Positions 52,166 to 62,783 of a stretch of DNA of 64,000 nucleotides are shown here, in pieces (within the stretch, counting starts at the first letter, position 1; each line of letters starts with the position of its first letter). The notes below the pieces were generated by a model. The model ran no database searches and had not been told where the DNA came from. It was given only the letters and a program-made list of their open reading frames with translations. The position numbers and the translations under genes were made by a program. This stretch comes from Candidatus Marinacidobacterales bacterium. Its GTDB lineage: Bacteria > Acidobacteriota > Vicinamibacteria > Marinacidobacterales > DATDRI01. The stretch covers positions 5,184,001 to 5,248,000 of the forward strand of contig CBDCNP010000002.1 in NCBI GenBank assembly GCA_965219415.1, read 5' to 3'.

Positions 52166-53158
52166 CTAGGAGGTCTCCTCCGCAGCGACTGCCGTTGTCA
52201 CTGCCTCTTCCTGGGCCCTCTTGACGTCCAACGCATGATCACGTAACGCGTTCGCCTGCTCCTCTAGCTCGGCCCTTCTCCTAGCATTCGGCTCGATCTT
52301 CGCTTCCTCGCGGAGCAACAGGTTCTTGTAGATAAGCGCGTCGACGTACTGCTGGTTGAGCTCCAAGGCCTTGTCGAGCTCCTCCTGCCCCAGAGCAATG
52401 TACTCTTTCCTCTGCGTGTTCGTTAGGTCCGGATCGCGGTACACCTTGTCCCAGTAGTGCGTGGCGACGATGTAGTAGCCCTCGGGATCGCTGGGGTTGA
52501 CGTCCCGGGCCCTGCGCTGCCACTGCATGGTCTCGTCGAACCGACCGTACTTGTTCAGCAGGGCCGCTACGTGCCGATATCCCACCGGATCCTCTGGGCT
52601 CTTCGCCACCGGCTGCTGATACGCCTCGACGGCCTTTTCGAGAAGCGGCAGTTCCACCGGATCGTCGAAGCGCTCGTATAGATCACCGAGAGCGTAGTAC
52701 CGTTCCGGCCTTTCCGGATCCAGCTCGATGAGCTTGATGTAAATCTCTTCGGCAACCAGGAAATCGTCCAAGATGTCGCGGTAGATGGCGCCCAACTGCT
52801 CGTAGGCATACTGCCGAATGGGATTCCCCTCTTCCGCAATATCCAAGGATTTCTCGTAAAGCTCGATGGCCTTTTCCAGATGGGCATCATTCTCGAAATC
52901 GTCCTTACGCGTCGGTCGGTAGATCAAGTGATGCGAACTACCCAGATAAAACTGGGCAGGCACGATCACGCGCGGATCCCCCTCGGGGTCCAGCTCGAGC
53001 ACCCGATTGTATTTCTCGATGGCCGCCTCGTAGTCTTTGGCACCGTATGCACCGTTGGCTTCTTTGAATGCTTGCCGCGCCTTGAGCATGTTGCAGCCGC
53101 CGGTTGCCAGAGCAGCAACCACGATGACTCCCACGACGTAACCGCGTTGGGTGTTCAT
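52166..53158 (-). CDS. TPR-repeat lipoprotein
   Basis: Signal peptide ending ATGGC; repeated A..Y.K.LE.DP patterns. Confidence 0.85.
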   Translation of the reverse strand: MNTQRGYVVGVIVVAALATGGCNMLKARQAFKEANGAYGAKDYEAAIEKYNRVLELDPEGDPRVIVPAQFYLGSSHHLIYRPTRKDDFENDAHLEKAIELYEKSLDIAEEGNPIRQYAYEQLGAIYRDILDDFLVAEEIYIKLIELDPERPERYYALGDLYERFDDPVELPLLEKAVEAYQQPVAKSPEDPVGYRHVAALLNKYGRFDETMQWQRRARDVNPSDPEGYYIVATHYWDKVYRDPDLTNTQRKEYIALGQEELDKALELNQQYVDALIYKNLLLREEAKIEPNARRRAELEEQANALRDHALDVKRAQEEAVTTAVAAEETS

Positions 53159-53203
53159 GTCCGTATCCTCCTTATTCTAATGGCCTTACGAAAACCGGGG
53201 CGT

Positions 53204-53232
53204 ATTATATTACGCGATTTTCGGCAAGTCAA
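53204..53232 (-). promoter_or_regulatory. sigma70-type promoter of the TPR gene
   Basis: TTGACT-N17-TATAAT. Confidence 0.75.
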
Positions 53233-53344
53233 GAGAAGGACACGCCGTTTCGCCGTGTCGAACAGCGCGAGGCGTTCGGTACCTTCAAAACATGCATCAA
53301 TGTGGCGGAGCCCCACACGGCCGTCCCTTCGCTCGCTCTTTCAA

Positions 53345-53435
53345 CTGCGGCCTCACTCCTCTATGAGTGGCGCGGGGCCCCACCCCCACCGTTGTCCCTT
53401 CGCCGGTGGCGGCTTCGGGACAGCTGAAGGCTCCT
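53345..53435 (-). repeat. modular repeat copy
   Basis: rc GGAGCCTTCAGCTGTCCCGAAGCCG..CCGGCGAAGGGAC..GGGGGTGGGGCCCCGCGCCACT, matches 18689-18755. Confidence 0.8.
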
Positions 53436-53513
53436 TAGGTTGATCCGCTAGTCCAGCCGACCTATGATGGAGGAAGGCAAACCCTTTGGGTCTAGGAGTT
53501 TGCCCCCTCCGAC

Positions 53514-55676
53514 ATGAACATGATTCGCTTCGAAGACATCCTGGAAAAGGTGCGCGCCTACCAACCGGAAGGGGACCTCGATCTGCTGCGACGCGCCTAC
53601 GTGTTCTCCGCGCGAGAACACCGAGACCAGGTGCGGATGTCCGGCGAGCCGTATTTGGTACACCCGTTGGCGGTGGCAGACATCCTGGCGGACATGAAGC
53701 TCGACGTGGTGTGCGTGGCCTGCGGACTGCTCCACGATGTAGTCGAGGACACACTGACTTCGCTGGATAGCCTCGAAGAGCACTTCGGTTCGGAGGCGGC
53801 TCATATCATCGATGGCCTAACTAAGCTCGGGAAGATTGAGTTCTCTTCCACCGAGGAGCACCAGGCGGAGAATTTTCGCAAGATGCTGATGGCGATGATC
53901 GACGACATTCGTATCATCCTCATCAAGCTCGCCGATCGACTTCACAACATGCGGACGCTCCAGCATTTGCCGGAGGGAAAACGCAGTCGCATCGCCAACG
54001 AGACGCTGGAAATCTACGCGCCGCTGGCGGGCCGATTAGGCATGGGACGGATTCGGGCCGAGCTCGAGGATCTCTGCTTCCGCTTCCTCCAGCCCGACGC
54101 CTACAGCACCCTGGCCAAGCGCGTGGAATCGAAGCGCAAGTGGACGGAAGGCTTCATCTCCGAAATCAAAGGCATTCTGGAGGAAAAACTCACCGAGAAC
54201 GGGGTCCCGGCTGAAGTGAGCGGTCGCATCAAGCGCAGCTATAGCGTCTACCAGAAGATGCAGCGCCAGGGTATCGAGCTCGACCAAGTCTATGACCTCG
54301 TCGCGCTACGTGTTGTCACCGACACCGTGCGCAACTGCTACGGCGCCCTGGGCATCATTCACAACACTTGGCGCCCGGTCCCTGGTCGCATCAAAGACTT
54401 CATCGCCATGCCGAGGCCAAACGGCTATCGTTCGCTTCACTCCAGCGTCATTCCCGCCTCCGGCGTCCCTTTCGAGATCCAAATCCGAACACCCGAAATG
54501 CACCAGATCGCCGAAGAAGGCATCGCCGCACATTGGAAGTACAAAGAAGGCAAACCTCTCGAGGAAGACGACGTCCGCAATTTCGCCTGGCTCCGCCAAA
54601 TTATCGAATGGCAGCGGGAAGTCAAGGACCCGCACGAGTTCCTCAACAGCCTCAAAATCGATCTCTATCCCGAAGACGTCTACTGCTTCACACCCAAGGG
54701 TGAAGTGAAGTCGTTCGCACGTGGCGCAACCCCGGTTGATTTCGCCTACGCCATTCACACCGACGTCGGTCACCAGTGCGTTGGCGCCAGAGTCAACGGG
54801 AAACTCGTCCCCCTCCGATATCGGTTGAAGAATGGCGACATCGTCGAGATCGTCACCGCCCCCGGTCACCGGCCGAGCCGTGACTGGCTGTCCTTGGTTG
54901 TCACGTCCCGCGCCCGCAGCAAGATCAAAACCTTCCTGAATACCAACGAGAAGCAACGCAGTATCGAGATCGGAAAAAAGGTTCTGGAGAAGGAAGCGCG
55001 CCGTTTCGGTATGGCCCTCAAGGGCATCACCGCGTCCGAAGGGTTTCCTGAGCTCCTAAAGGACCACGGCAGTGGAAAGGCCGACGATCTATACGCCGCG
55101 GTCGGCTACGGCAAGGTCTCCCCCCGGCAGATAATCGCTCGCTTCGTGCCGGCGGAGAAGATGGACAAAAAGGACGGTGCCAGAACCAGCCTGGCCCAGG
55201 TCGTGCGCCGCGTACTCCGCGTACCGGAAGACAAAATTCTGGTCAGGGGAATCAACGATTTGCTGGTGTTTCGGGCGAAATGCTGCAACCCGATTCCGGG
55301 CGAAAAGATTACCGGCTACATCACGCGCGGGAAAGGAGTCTCCGTCCACTCCGTCAATTGCCCGAACGTGCTCAATCTGATGTACGATCCGGAACGGAAG
55401 ATAGAAGTCGAGTGGGAGCGTGACAGCGAAGCGAGGTACGATGTTACGATTTCGGTCGACGTTGACGATCGACAAGGGATCCTGGCGGATATCACTTCGA
55501 TCATCGCCAGCAGCAACACCGATATCCGAAACATCGAGGCCAAAACCTTCGAGGATCGCAAGGGAGCGATCGATGTTACCTTGTCCATCAATGATCTGAA
55601 GCATCTGGAACGCATCACTCGCTCGATTCGATCGGTCGACGGAGTCCGAGACATCGCACGGCATACTCCTCACTAG
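53514..55676 (+). CDS. relA: bifunctional (p)ppGpp synthetase/hydrolase Rel
   Basis: SGEPY..HP, LHDVVED (HD intact), NGYRSLH, EIQIRT, TGS and ACT domains. Confidence 0.95.
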   Translation: MNMIRFEDILEKVRAYQPEGDLDLLRRAYVFSAREHRDQVRMSGEPYLVHPLAVADILADMKLDVVCVACGLLHDVVEDTLTSLDSLEEHFGSEAAHIIDGLTKLGKIEFSSTEEHQAENFRKMLMAMIDDIRIILIKLADRLHNMRTLQHLPEGKRSRIANETLEIYAPLAGRLGMGRIRAELEDLCFRFLQPDAYSTLAKRVESKRKWTEGFISEIKGILEEKLTENGVPAEVSGRIKRSYSVYQKMQRQGIELDQVYDLVALRVVTDTVRNCYGALGIIHNTWRPVPGRIKDFIAMPRPNGYRSLHSSVIPASGVPFEIQIRTPEMHQIAEEGIAAHWKYKEGKPLEEDDVRNFAWLRQIIEWQREVKDPHEFLNSLKIDLYPEDVYCFTPKGEVKSFARGATPVDFAYAIHTDVGHQCVGARVNGKLVPLRYRLKNGDIVEIVTAPGHRPSRDWLSLVVTSRARSKIKTFLNTNEKQRSIEIGKKVLEKEARRFGMALKGITASEGFPELLKDHGSGKADDLYAAVGYGKVSPRQIIARFVPAEKMDKKDGARTSLAQVVRRVLRVPEDKILVRGINDLLVFRAKCCNPIPGEKITGYITRGKGVSVHSVNCPNVLNLMYDPERKIEVEWERDSEARYDVTISVDVDDRQGILADITSIIASSNTDIRNIEAKTFEDRKGAIDVTLSINDLKHLERITRSIRSVDGVRDIARHTPH

Positions 55677-55738
55677 TCCGGCGTCGGCCTTGTTTTCAAG
55701 CTTACCTGTTGACACCCTTAACCCTAACCGGAGAACTC

Positions 55739-56308
55739 ATGGACAAAAAAGCCCTTATTACCGACAAAGCCCCACGACCCATCGGTCCTTATAGCCAGGC
55801 GATCAAAGCGGGAAATTTCCTTTTCCTGGCAGGTCAAGTATCGCTGGATCCCGCCACCAATGAATTCGTAGAGGGTGACATCGCGGCTCAGACGAGGCGT
55901 GCGATGGACAACCTAATGGCGGTTCTCGACAACGCGGGCCTCGGGCCTCAAAACGTCGTCAAGGTAACGGTATACCTCGCGGACATGGACGACTTCGCCG
56001 CCATGAACGAAGTCTACGGCACGTACTTCAAGGAGGCCCCACCGGCTAGGGCGGCTATTCAGGTGTCGCGTCTACCGAAGGACGGCAAGGTCGAAATCGA
56101 CATGATCGCCCTCGCCATCGTCAAGGGCGGCGGGCAAGATAATAATGTGTACACAATCTGTCCAAACGCAGCATCCCAGGCACCCTCCGAACCCACACCG
56201 AATGAGAAGGTCGGGAACCCGAATGGGCGAGTCGAAAGAGGACTCTTGAGCCTTCAGAGCGTCGCAAAAGGCAATAAAAGGCGGGCGTGGGCGGTCAGGC
56301 CGCTTTGA
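55739..56308 (+). CDS. ridA: RidA family deaminase with aberrant C-terminal extension
   Basis: [15 protein letters not shown]...PPAR, VEIDMIA, then about 63 unrelated residues. Confidence 0.85.
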   Translation: MDKKALITDKAPRPIGPYSQAIKAGNFLFLAGQVSLDPATNEFVEGDIAAQTRRAMDNLMAVLDNAGLGPQNVVKVTVYLADMDDFAAMNEVYGTYFKEAPPARAAIQVSRLPKDGKVEIDMIALAIVKGGGQDNNVYTICPNAASQAPSEPTPNEKVGNPNGRVERGLLSLQSVAKGNKRRAWAVRPL

Positions 56309-56486
56309 CGATTTTGCCGGAGCGGATGCAGCGCGTGCAGACGCGGATGCGTTTTCGAACGCCATCGATGATGGCATGGACCCGCTGAAGGTTCGGGTAC
56401 CACTTTCTTTTCGTCAAATTGTGGGCATGGCTAACCCGGTTGCCGCTCCGGGGACCCTTGCCACAAATCTCACAGACTCTTGCCAT
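56295..56486 (-). CDS. rpmB: 50S ribosomal protein L28
   Basis: [26 protein letters not shown]. Confidence 0.97.
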   Translation of the reverse strand: MARVCEICGKGPRSGNRVSHAHNLTKRKWYPNLQRVHAIIDGVRKRIRVCTRCIRSGKIVKAA

Positions 56487-56549
56487 GCTTCGTAAATCCT
56501 TTCCTCAACAAACGCCCATGATAACGGAGCCTTGTGGTCTGCGCAAGTG

Positions 56550-56773
56550 CTGGGAAATCTATCAGCGGCGTTGGGGCCCCACCCCCAATGCCTCATGCTC
56601 CGTCGGCCGGCGACTCCGCATGGGCTCAGGGCTGTTATCAGCGGCGTTGGGGCGAAATCTCTCAGTCGCACGGGGCCCCACCCCCGTGCTCGTCGCTTCG
56701 GCAACCGGTGCCTGCGCGACAGCTGAAGGCTCCCCCCGCTCGCTACTCGCGCGGCGACTCGCCGCGCTCGGGC
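56550..56773 (-). repeat. composite modular repeat copy
   Basis: rc GAGCCCATGCGGAGTCG..AGCATGAGGC..GGTGGGGCCCC; TATCAGCGGCGTTGGGGC occurs twice. Confidence 0.85.
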
Positions 56774-58195
56774 TCAAGGCTGTGCGCATTCATCACAGGA
56801 GCAGAGCTCCCGCAAACTACTGAAGCTGTATATGCCGGTATTGTGCCCGTCCGACCAGGAGACCTGGATGGCGTAGTTCCCCACCGGATTGATGCCGAGG
56901 GCGCGGAAGTCCGAGGGCAGAAGCAAGATCAGATTCTTGCGCTTTCCCGTCCACTCGTCGACACAAACCGCACAGGGGCAATGGTTGCGCAACAGCTCGA
57001 ACGGATAACGCGAGTCGTGACCGTCCGCCCAAACGATCCGTAACTTGCCCTCGCCCTCGCTGATCTCCTTCGGCTTCACCGTGCCACTCTCGTGTTTCAC
57101 GACCGAGACGGCCGCAGCCAAACGTTTGGCGATGGCAAGATACGCTTGGGAAGCGGGAGAGTCGGGATTCCTGGCCACTATCGGTTCGCCCTCGTCGCCG
57201 CTGACGACGATTTCCGGGTCGATGGGAATACCACCTAGAAAAGGCAGGCCCAGCTCGCTGCAGATCTTCTCGCCTCCGCCCTGGCTGAAGATATGAGTGC
57301 GCTCCTGGCAGTGGGAACACTCGAAGTAGCTCATGTTCTCGATGACGCCGAGCACCGGGACCTGAACCGGTTGAAACATCCGAAGCCCCTTCTCCGCGAT
57401 CGTCCGCGCAACGTCCTGGGGGGTCGTCACGATGGCCGCGCCGGTTAACGGCACACTCTGTGTCAGGGTGAGCTGAACGTCACCCGTTCCCGGAGGCAAG
57501 TCGATGATGAGATAGTCGAGCGCCCCCCAAGCCACACCAGCGAGGAATTGCTGGATCAGCTTGGTGGCCATGGGACCTCGCCAAATTACCGGCGTCTCTT
57601 TGGTGGTGAGGAGGCCCATCGACATGAGCTTGATGCCGTGGGCCTCGACCGGGATCAAGCGGCGGTCCTGATCGGCCTCTGGTCTTTGATCGATTCCGAA
57701 CATCGTTCCCTGTGACGGTCCGTACACGTCGGCATCACACAATCCGACCGAAGCTCCCGTCTGCTGGAGAGCCACCGCCAGGTTCGCAGCGACGGTGGAC
57801 TTTCCGACTCCGCCTTTCCCCGACGCGATGGCTACCATGCTTTGGATCTCCGACAACGGCGACGCCTGTCCAGCCGGTCCGGCCGGTCCGGGATCGCGAA
57901 CGTGCGGGGTCGAGGAGATCGAAACATTCACCTCTTCGATTCCCGAAAGCCCCTTGACCGCCGCTTCCGCCTCCGATCTCAGCTGTTCTTTCACCAAGCT
58001 CGTGGGTGAGCTGCGTTCGATATCGAAAGTAACAATCGGGGAACAGATTTTGATGTTCTTCACGAACCCCAGCGACACGATATCTCGTCGCAAATCCGGA
58101 TCCTGAACGGTCTTCAACCGCTCTAGTACGTCGGCTTCGTCGATCTTGCCAGCCTTGTCTGGGGAGCCTGCTGTGTCGGCCTTACCGCGTTGCAT
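56774..58195 (-). CDS. apbC: Mrp/ApbC Fe-S carrier ATPase with DUF59 and DUF971-like domains
   Basis: V.DPDL..DIV.LG; GKGGVGKST, IWRGPM, DLPPGTGD, ENMS...C..C; W.DGH.S..LR..CPCA.C, GNYA...WSDGH.TGIY. Confidence 0.9.
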   Translation of the reverse strand: MQRGKADTAGSPDKAGKIDEADVLERLKTVQDPDLRRDIVSLGFVKNIKICSPIVTFDIERSSPTSLVKEQLRSEAEAAVKGLSGIEEVNVSISSTPHVRDPGPAGPAGQASPLSEIQSMVAIASGKGGVGKSTVAANLAVALQQTGASVGLCDADVYGPSQGTMFGIDQRPEADQDRRLIPVEAHGIKLMSMGLLTTKETPVIWRGPMATKLIQQFLAGVAWGALDYLIIDLPPGTGDVQLTLTQSVPLTGAAIVTTPQDVARTIAEKGLRMFQPVQVPVLGVIENMSYFECSHCQERTHIFSQGGGEKICSELGLPFLGGIPIDPEIVVSGDEGEPIVARNPDSPASQAYLAIAKRLAAAVSVVKHESGTVKPKEISEGEGKLRIVWADGHDSRYPFELLRNHCPCAVCVDEWTGKRKNLILLLPSDFRALGINPVGNYAIQVSWSDGHNTGIYSFSSLRELCSCDECAQP

Positions 58196-58309
58196 ATTCC
58201 CTCCGCGTGAATCGCCGACTTATTATAGTCACAACGCCGACGCGCCCGCCCATTAGAGCAGCTCTCTCCCCTTGGCCTCCCCGAGGCCGTCGGTCTATGA
58301 TGTTGAGCA

Positions 58310-59485
58310 ATGCCAGCGATTCGTTGTTACGATCTCTACAAAACATACGACGGGCAGGTCGAGGCGGTACGAGGCCTGGACCTGACGGTCGAAGAGGGCG
58401 AGTGCTTCGGCCTTTTGGGGCCCAACGGTGCTGGCAAGACGACCACCATCGAGATCTTGGAAGGTTTGCTCCCGCCCACCGCCGGCGATGTCGAAGTGCT
58501 GGGTAGACGCTGGGGAGATCACGATGCGGAGATCAGAGAACGGCTAGGGGATCGCTCTCGGATTGGGAATCGCGTTTCGTAACAAACCTCTGGAGCGAAT
58601 CGCAATCGCGGTGGAAGAGCACACCGAGGCGGCGGCCATCGTCGAGCTTCTGAACGGAAAGCCCCCAATTCGACGCACGGCTGCTCTCCGACCGCGAGAG
58701 CGCCTCGCAGCTCAGACTTGGCAAGGTGGCACTGGTCCTCGTGCCCGGCCGCGGTTACGAGTATCGATTCGACCCCAATCGACCAGACAGCCTCCTGGCG
58801 CGGGCGCTCGTGGATCAATTCCTCCAAGAATCCGCAGGAAGGAAGGACCCCGTCGAGAAAATCGAAACTCCGGTAAGCGAGCCCGGCGCCCCGTTATATC
58901 GACTTCCTAATACCTGGTCTCATGGGCTTGAACCTCATGAGCGGGGGCATGTGGGGCGTGGGTTTCGTCACCGTGGATATGAGAAGCCGCAAGCTGCTCA
59001 AGCGCCTGGTCGCGACGCCAATGCGGAAGAGCGAGTTCCTTTCCGCCTTGATCGCGAGTCGTATCGTTTTCATGTTCATAGAGGTGTTGCTTCTGCTCGC
59101 CTTTGGATGGCTGGTGTTTGACTTGGTCTTGCGCGGCTCGTTTCTTCTCACCTTGGCCATCGGTTTCCTGGGTGCACTCTGTTTCGGAAGCCTGGGGTTG
59201 TTGGTGGCGAGTCGGGCCCGGAAGGTGGAAGCGGTTTCTGGGCTCATGAACCTAGTGATGCTTCCTATGTTCGTCTTCTCAGGAATCTTTTTCTCGTCCG
59301 ACAGGTTCCCCGATGCGATCCAACCGGCAATAAGAGCGCTTCCGCTCACCGCTCTGAACGACGCCTTACGGTCAGTCATCATCGAAGGTGCAGACTTCGC
59401 CTCTCAAATTGGAAGGATCGCTATCCTAGTGGCGTGGATGTTGGTGAGCTTCGCAGTGTCTTTGCGAATCTTTCGTTGGAGTTGA
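58310..59485 (+). pseudogene. ABC exporter remnant: truncated ATPase joined to a frameshifted ABC-2 permease
   Basis: Walker A GPNGAGKT then an abrupt switch at about 58550 to [10 protein letters not shown]; frameshifts near 58660 and 58890. Confidence 0.85.
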
Positions 59486-59509
59486 CGAAGCGCCAGTCGA
59501 GCTTTCGCA

Positions 59510-59592
59510 TCGTGTTGGCCGCCAAACTGTGGGGTTGTGCCTCTATCCACCTAGCCAGGCGGCGGGGGTGGGGCCCCAACGACGCTAATAGA
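59510..59592 (+). repeat. modular repeat copy
   Basis: GTGTTGGCCGCCAAA..ATCCACCTAGCCAGGCGGCGGGGGTGGGGCCCC, similar to 36040-36110. Confidence 0.8.
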
Positions 59593-59596
59593 AGAC

Positions 59597-60646
59597 CTAT
59601 TTCAGAGAGTCCATGACTTCTTCTAGGACTTCCTTGGGAGGTCGGAGCTTTGCTTGGGGAAGGTGTGACAACGGCTCATCCACGAGATTGAGAAGCTCCA
59701 GAAAGTTCTCGCGGTCGGGATCCACGTAGAGCAAGCCGGTAATGAATTGCTGGTTCTCCATGGCCCCGCGAATCAGATCCAGCGCACGACGGGCATCGGT
59801 GGGATCGTAGTTGCGCTCGAGCTTCTTGAGCACGATACGAGAACCGTCGTGAAGCTCCACTTCGATGGCACTTCCCTCTTCGTACTCCACCTGAATTTGC
59901 TCGAAGTAAGGAACAAAGCCCACTTCATGGAGCATGTCTTCGTTCTCTTTGCCCCAGGTGTAGCTCTTGGTGGAGCCAGGGTGATTGTTGAAGGTCACGC
60001 AAGGGCTGATGATATCCAAAACCGCCGTTCCTTTGTGGGAGAGAGCGCCTTCGAGCAGCGCCAAGACCTGTTTCGGATCGCCGGCAAACGACCTCGCCAC
60101 GTAGGTCGCGCCCAGCTCAACAGCCATGGTGCACAAATCGATCGCCGGCAGGTCGTTGACTACGCCCGTTTTCAATTTGGAACCAAGATCGGCGGTTGCC
60201 GAAAACTGACCCTTGGTAAGTCCGTAAACGCCATTGTTCTCGACAATGTAGACCATGGGCAAATTCCGGCGCATCAAATGAACGAACTGGCCGACACCGA
60301 TCGAAGCGGTGTCGCCGTCCCCGGAAACGCCGACCGCCCTCAGGCTCCGATTGGCGAGTACCGTCCCGGTCGCCACCGAAGGCATTCGGCCGTGCACCCC
60401 ATTGAACCCATGGCTCTTGCCCAAGAAGTAGGCCGGCGTCTTTGAGGAGCAGCCAATCCCTGAGAGCTTCGCCACTTGGTGCGGGTGGACACCCAGCTCG
60501 TAGAACGCCTTGGTGAGTTGGCTACTGATGGAGTCGTGGCCGCAGCCGCTGCACAACGTCGAAGGTTGTCCCTTGTAGTCGAGCAACGCGAGGCCAATGC
60601 GATTCGTCTTCTTGGGGGGGCCGGGACGCTCTGTTACGGTGACCAT
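59597..60646 (-). CDS. 2-oxoacid:ferredoxin oxidoreductase beta subunit
   Basis: LCSGCGH, SGIGCSS, SGDGD, NNGVYGLTKGQ, SPCVTFN. Confidence 0.95.
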   Translation of the reverse strand: MVTVTERPGPPKKTNRIGLALLDYKGQPSTLCSGCGHDSISSQLTKAFYELGVHPHQVAKLSGIGCSSKTPAYFLGKSHGFNGVHGRMPSVATGTVLANRSLRAVGVSGDGDTASIGVGQFVHLMRRNLPMVYIVENNGVYGLTKGQFSATADLGSKLKTGVVNDLPAIDLCTMAVELGATYVARSFAGDPKQVLALLEGALSHKGTAVLDIISPCVTFNNHPGSTKSYTWGKENEDMLHEVGFVPYFEQIQVEYEEGSAIEVELHDGSRIVLKKLERNYDPTDARRALDLIRGAMENQQFITGLLYVDPDRENFLELLNLVDEPLSHLPQAKLRPPKEVLEEVMDSLK

Positions 60647-60655
60647 CTTGAACTC

Positions 60656-62551
60656 CTATGCGTTTTTCTTTGCGGGCTTGCTTGACTTGGAAGAGGGGTT
60701 AGACGTTTTCTTCTCGGAGGCCACGACCCCATCGGTCACGGAGCGTGCATCGATGGGCAGGCCGTTGTAGTGGAGAACGCTTCTGAGCTTGTCCTGCTCG
60801 CCGGGCTCGTTCGAAACCTCGAGACGTAGGAGCTGCGCCATTTGCGCGTCGCGATTCTGCTCGACGACGTAGACTCGTTTGCAGGATCGAATGAACGATG
60901 CGACCTTCCCGGTGAATGGCAGGGCGCGGAGGCGAAGATAGCGTGTCTTGAGATTCTCATCCGCCTCCAACTGATCTCGTGACTCCATCACCGCCCAATG
61001 AGAGCTCCCGAAAGCAATAATCCCGATCTCCGTATCGGCCTCACCCACGACTTCGGGGGCGGGGACGTATCTGCGGGCCGTCTCGAACTTACGGGCCAGT
61101 CGTTCCATATTGTCTTGATAATCACCGGGGCGCTCGGTGTACTGCGCGCTCTCGTTGTGACCGCTCCCGCGCGTAAAGTAAGCGGCCGCGGGATGGTCGG
61201 TTCCGGGAAGCGTTCGATACGGGATCCCATCGCCATCGACGTCACGATAGCGTCCAAAGCTGCCCAGCTTTTCCAGATCTTCTGCGGTCAGAACTTTCCC
61301 GCGGTCGAAGGGTTTTTCCGGGTATGAAAACGGATCCGCCATCCAGTAGTTCATCCCCAAATCCAGGTCGGATAGGACGAACACCGGGGTCTGCAGGCGT
61401 TCGGCCAGATTGAACGATTCTGCACCGAACTCGAAACACTCCTCGACTGAGGCCGGAAGAAGGCAAACATGCTTGGTGTCTCCATGCGACAGAAGGTGAG
61501 TGGACATGACGTCCCCCTGCGCCGTTCGCGTTGGAAGGCCGGTGGATGGACCCACCCGCTGGATATCCCAGATGACGACCGGGATCTCGGCGTAGTATCC
61601 GAACCCGGCGAATTCCGACATCAACGAAATGCCCGGGCCACTGGTGGCGGTCATGGAGCGAGCCCCCGACCAGCCTCCGCCGAGCGCCATGCCGATGGCC
61701 GCCAACTCGTCTTCCGCCTGCACGATGGCAAAGGTGGCCTTACCCGTCTCTTTGTCGATCCGATATTGCCTCATGAAATCGATGAGCTGCTCGCAAACAC
61801 TGGAAGAGGGCGTGATGGGGTACCAGGTCACGACGCTGACACCGCCGAACATCGCCCCCAGCGCGGCCGCCGCGTTACCGTCGATCAAGACCTTGCCCTC
61901 GGTCTTGTTCATGCGTTCCACGCGAAGCGGATCGGTCTTGGTAAGGTTCTGCTGGGCAAACTCAAATCCCAAGTCGATTGCCTTTTGATTGAGCTCGATC
62001 GCCTTTTTCTTCGACTTGAACTGTTTGCTGACCGCGGTCTGGATCTCTCCCTTGTCGATGGACAGCAGCTGTCCGACCACGCCGACATAAATCATGTTCG
62101 CCAAGAGCTTGCGAAGCTTGACCTCCGGTATCAATTCCTTGGCTAGCTCCGCGAATGGGACGGGGTAGTAAACCAGGTCGGAGCGCGAACCCTCGAGCTT
62201 GAGCGATCGCTCGTAAACGACGGCCGCCCCCGGCCCCAGGCTCGCAACGTCCTCGCGCGCCGTCTGGGGATTCATCGCCACCAGGAAGTCGATCTCTTTA
62301 CGGCGAGCGATGTACCCGTGCTTGCTGGCTCGAATCGTGAACCAGGTGGGGAGGCCGGCGATGTTTGAAGGAAAGAGATTCTTGCCGCTGACCGGCACGC
62401 CCATGCGAAAAATGGAACGCATGAGAACGTTGTTGGACGATTGACTCCCCGAGCCGTTAACCGTTGCTACTTGGATCGAAAAGTCGTTGATGACTGGCTC
62501 TGGTTGAGCCTCCTGCTCCTGCTTCTCACTCACTGCCGCTTCTGTAGTCAT
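60656..62551 (-). CDS. 2-oxoacid:acceptor oxidoreductase alpha subunit
   Basis: NGSGSQS, YPITPS, QAEDE, TSGPG, GPSTGLPT. Confidence 0.95.
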   Translation of the reverse strand: MTTEAAVSEKQEQEAQPEPVINDFSIQVATVNGSGSQSSNNVLMRSIFRMGVPVSGKNLFPSNIAGLPTWFTIRASKHGYIARRKEIDFLVAMNPQTAREDVASLGPGAAVVYERSLKLEGSRSDLVYYPVPFAELAKELIPEVKLRKLLANMIYVGVVGQLLSIDKGEIQTAVSKQFKSKKKAIELNQKAIDLGFEFAQQNLTKTDPLRVERMNKTEGKVLIDGNAAAALGAMFGGVSVVTWYPITPSSSVCEQLIDFMRQYRIDKETGKATFAIVQAEDELAAIGMALGGGWSGARSMTATSGPGISLMSEFAGFGYYAEIPVVIWDIQRVGPSTGLPTRTAQGDVMSTHLLSHGDTKHVCLLPASVEECFEFGAESFNLAERLQTPVFVLSDLDLGMNYWMADPFSYPEKPFDRGKVLTAEDLEKLGSFGRYRDVDGDGIPYRTLPGTDHPAAAYFTRGSGHNESAQYTERPGDYQDNMERLARKFETARRYVPAPEVVGEADTEIGIIAFGSSHWAVMESRDQLEADENLKTRYLRLRALPFTGKVASFIRSCKRVYVVEQNRDAQMAQLLRLEVSNEPGEQDKLRSVLHYNGLPIDARSVTDGVVASEKKTSNPSSKSSKPAKKNA

Positions 62552-62783
62552 CGTGGGAATCTCCCGATAGGGCTGATCGCGCTTAGGGCATTAAGACATG
62601 ATAACAAATCACTTAGCTTTATTGAACCCGCTTCGACGAGAAACTTGTCGGCAAGACGGCGGCAATGTCTCCGCCTCGTCGGTCGGGCCACCCTCGGGGC
62701 CACGCTGAGGAGCGACAGCCTCTTTTGAGTCCCTTAGTCCCAGCATACAAAGTGGCTCTCTTCGTCGCAAGACTCCTTCTTGC

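Noticed and set aside
62590-62660. IHF or sigma54 site upstream of the oxidoreductase
   Set aside because: AT-rich, but the matches are off-consensus
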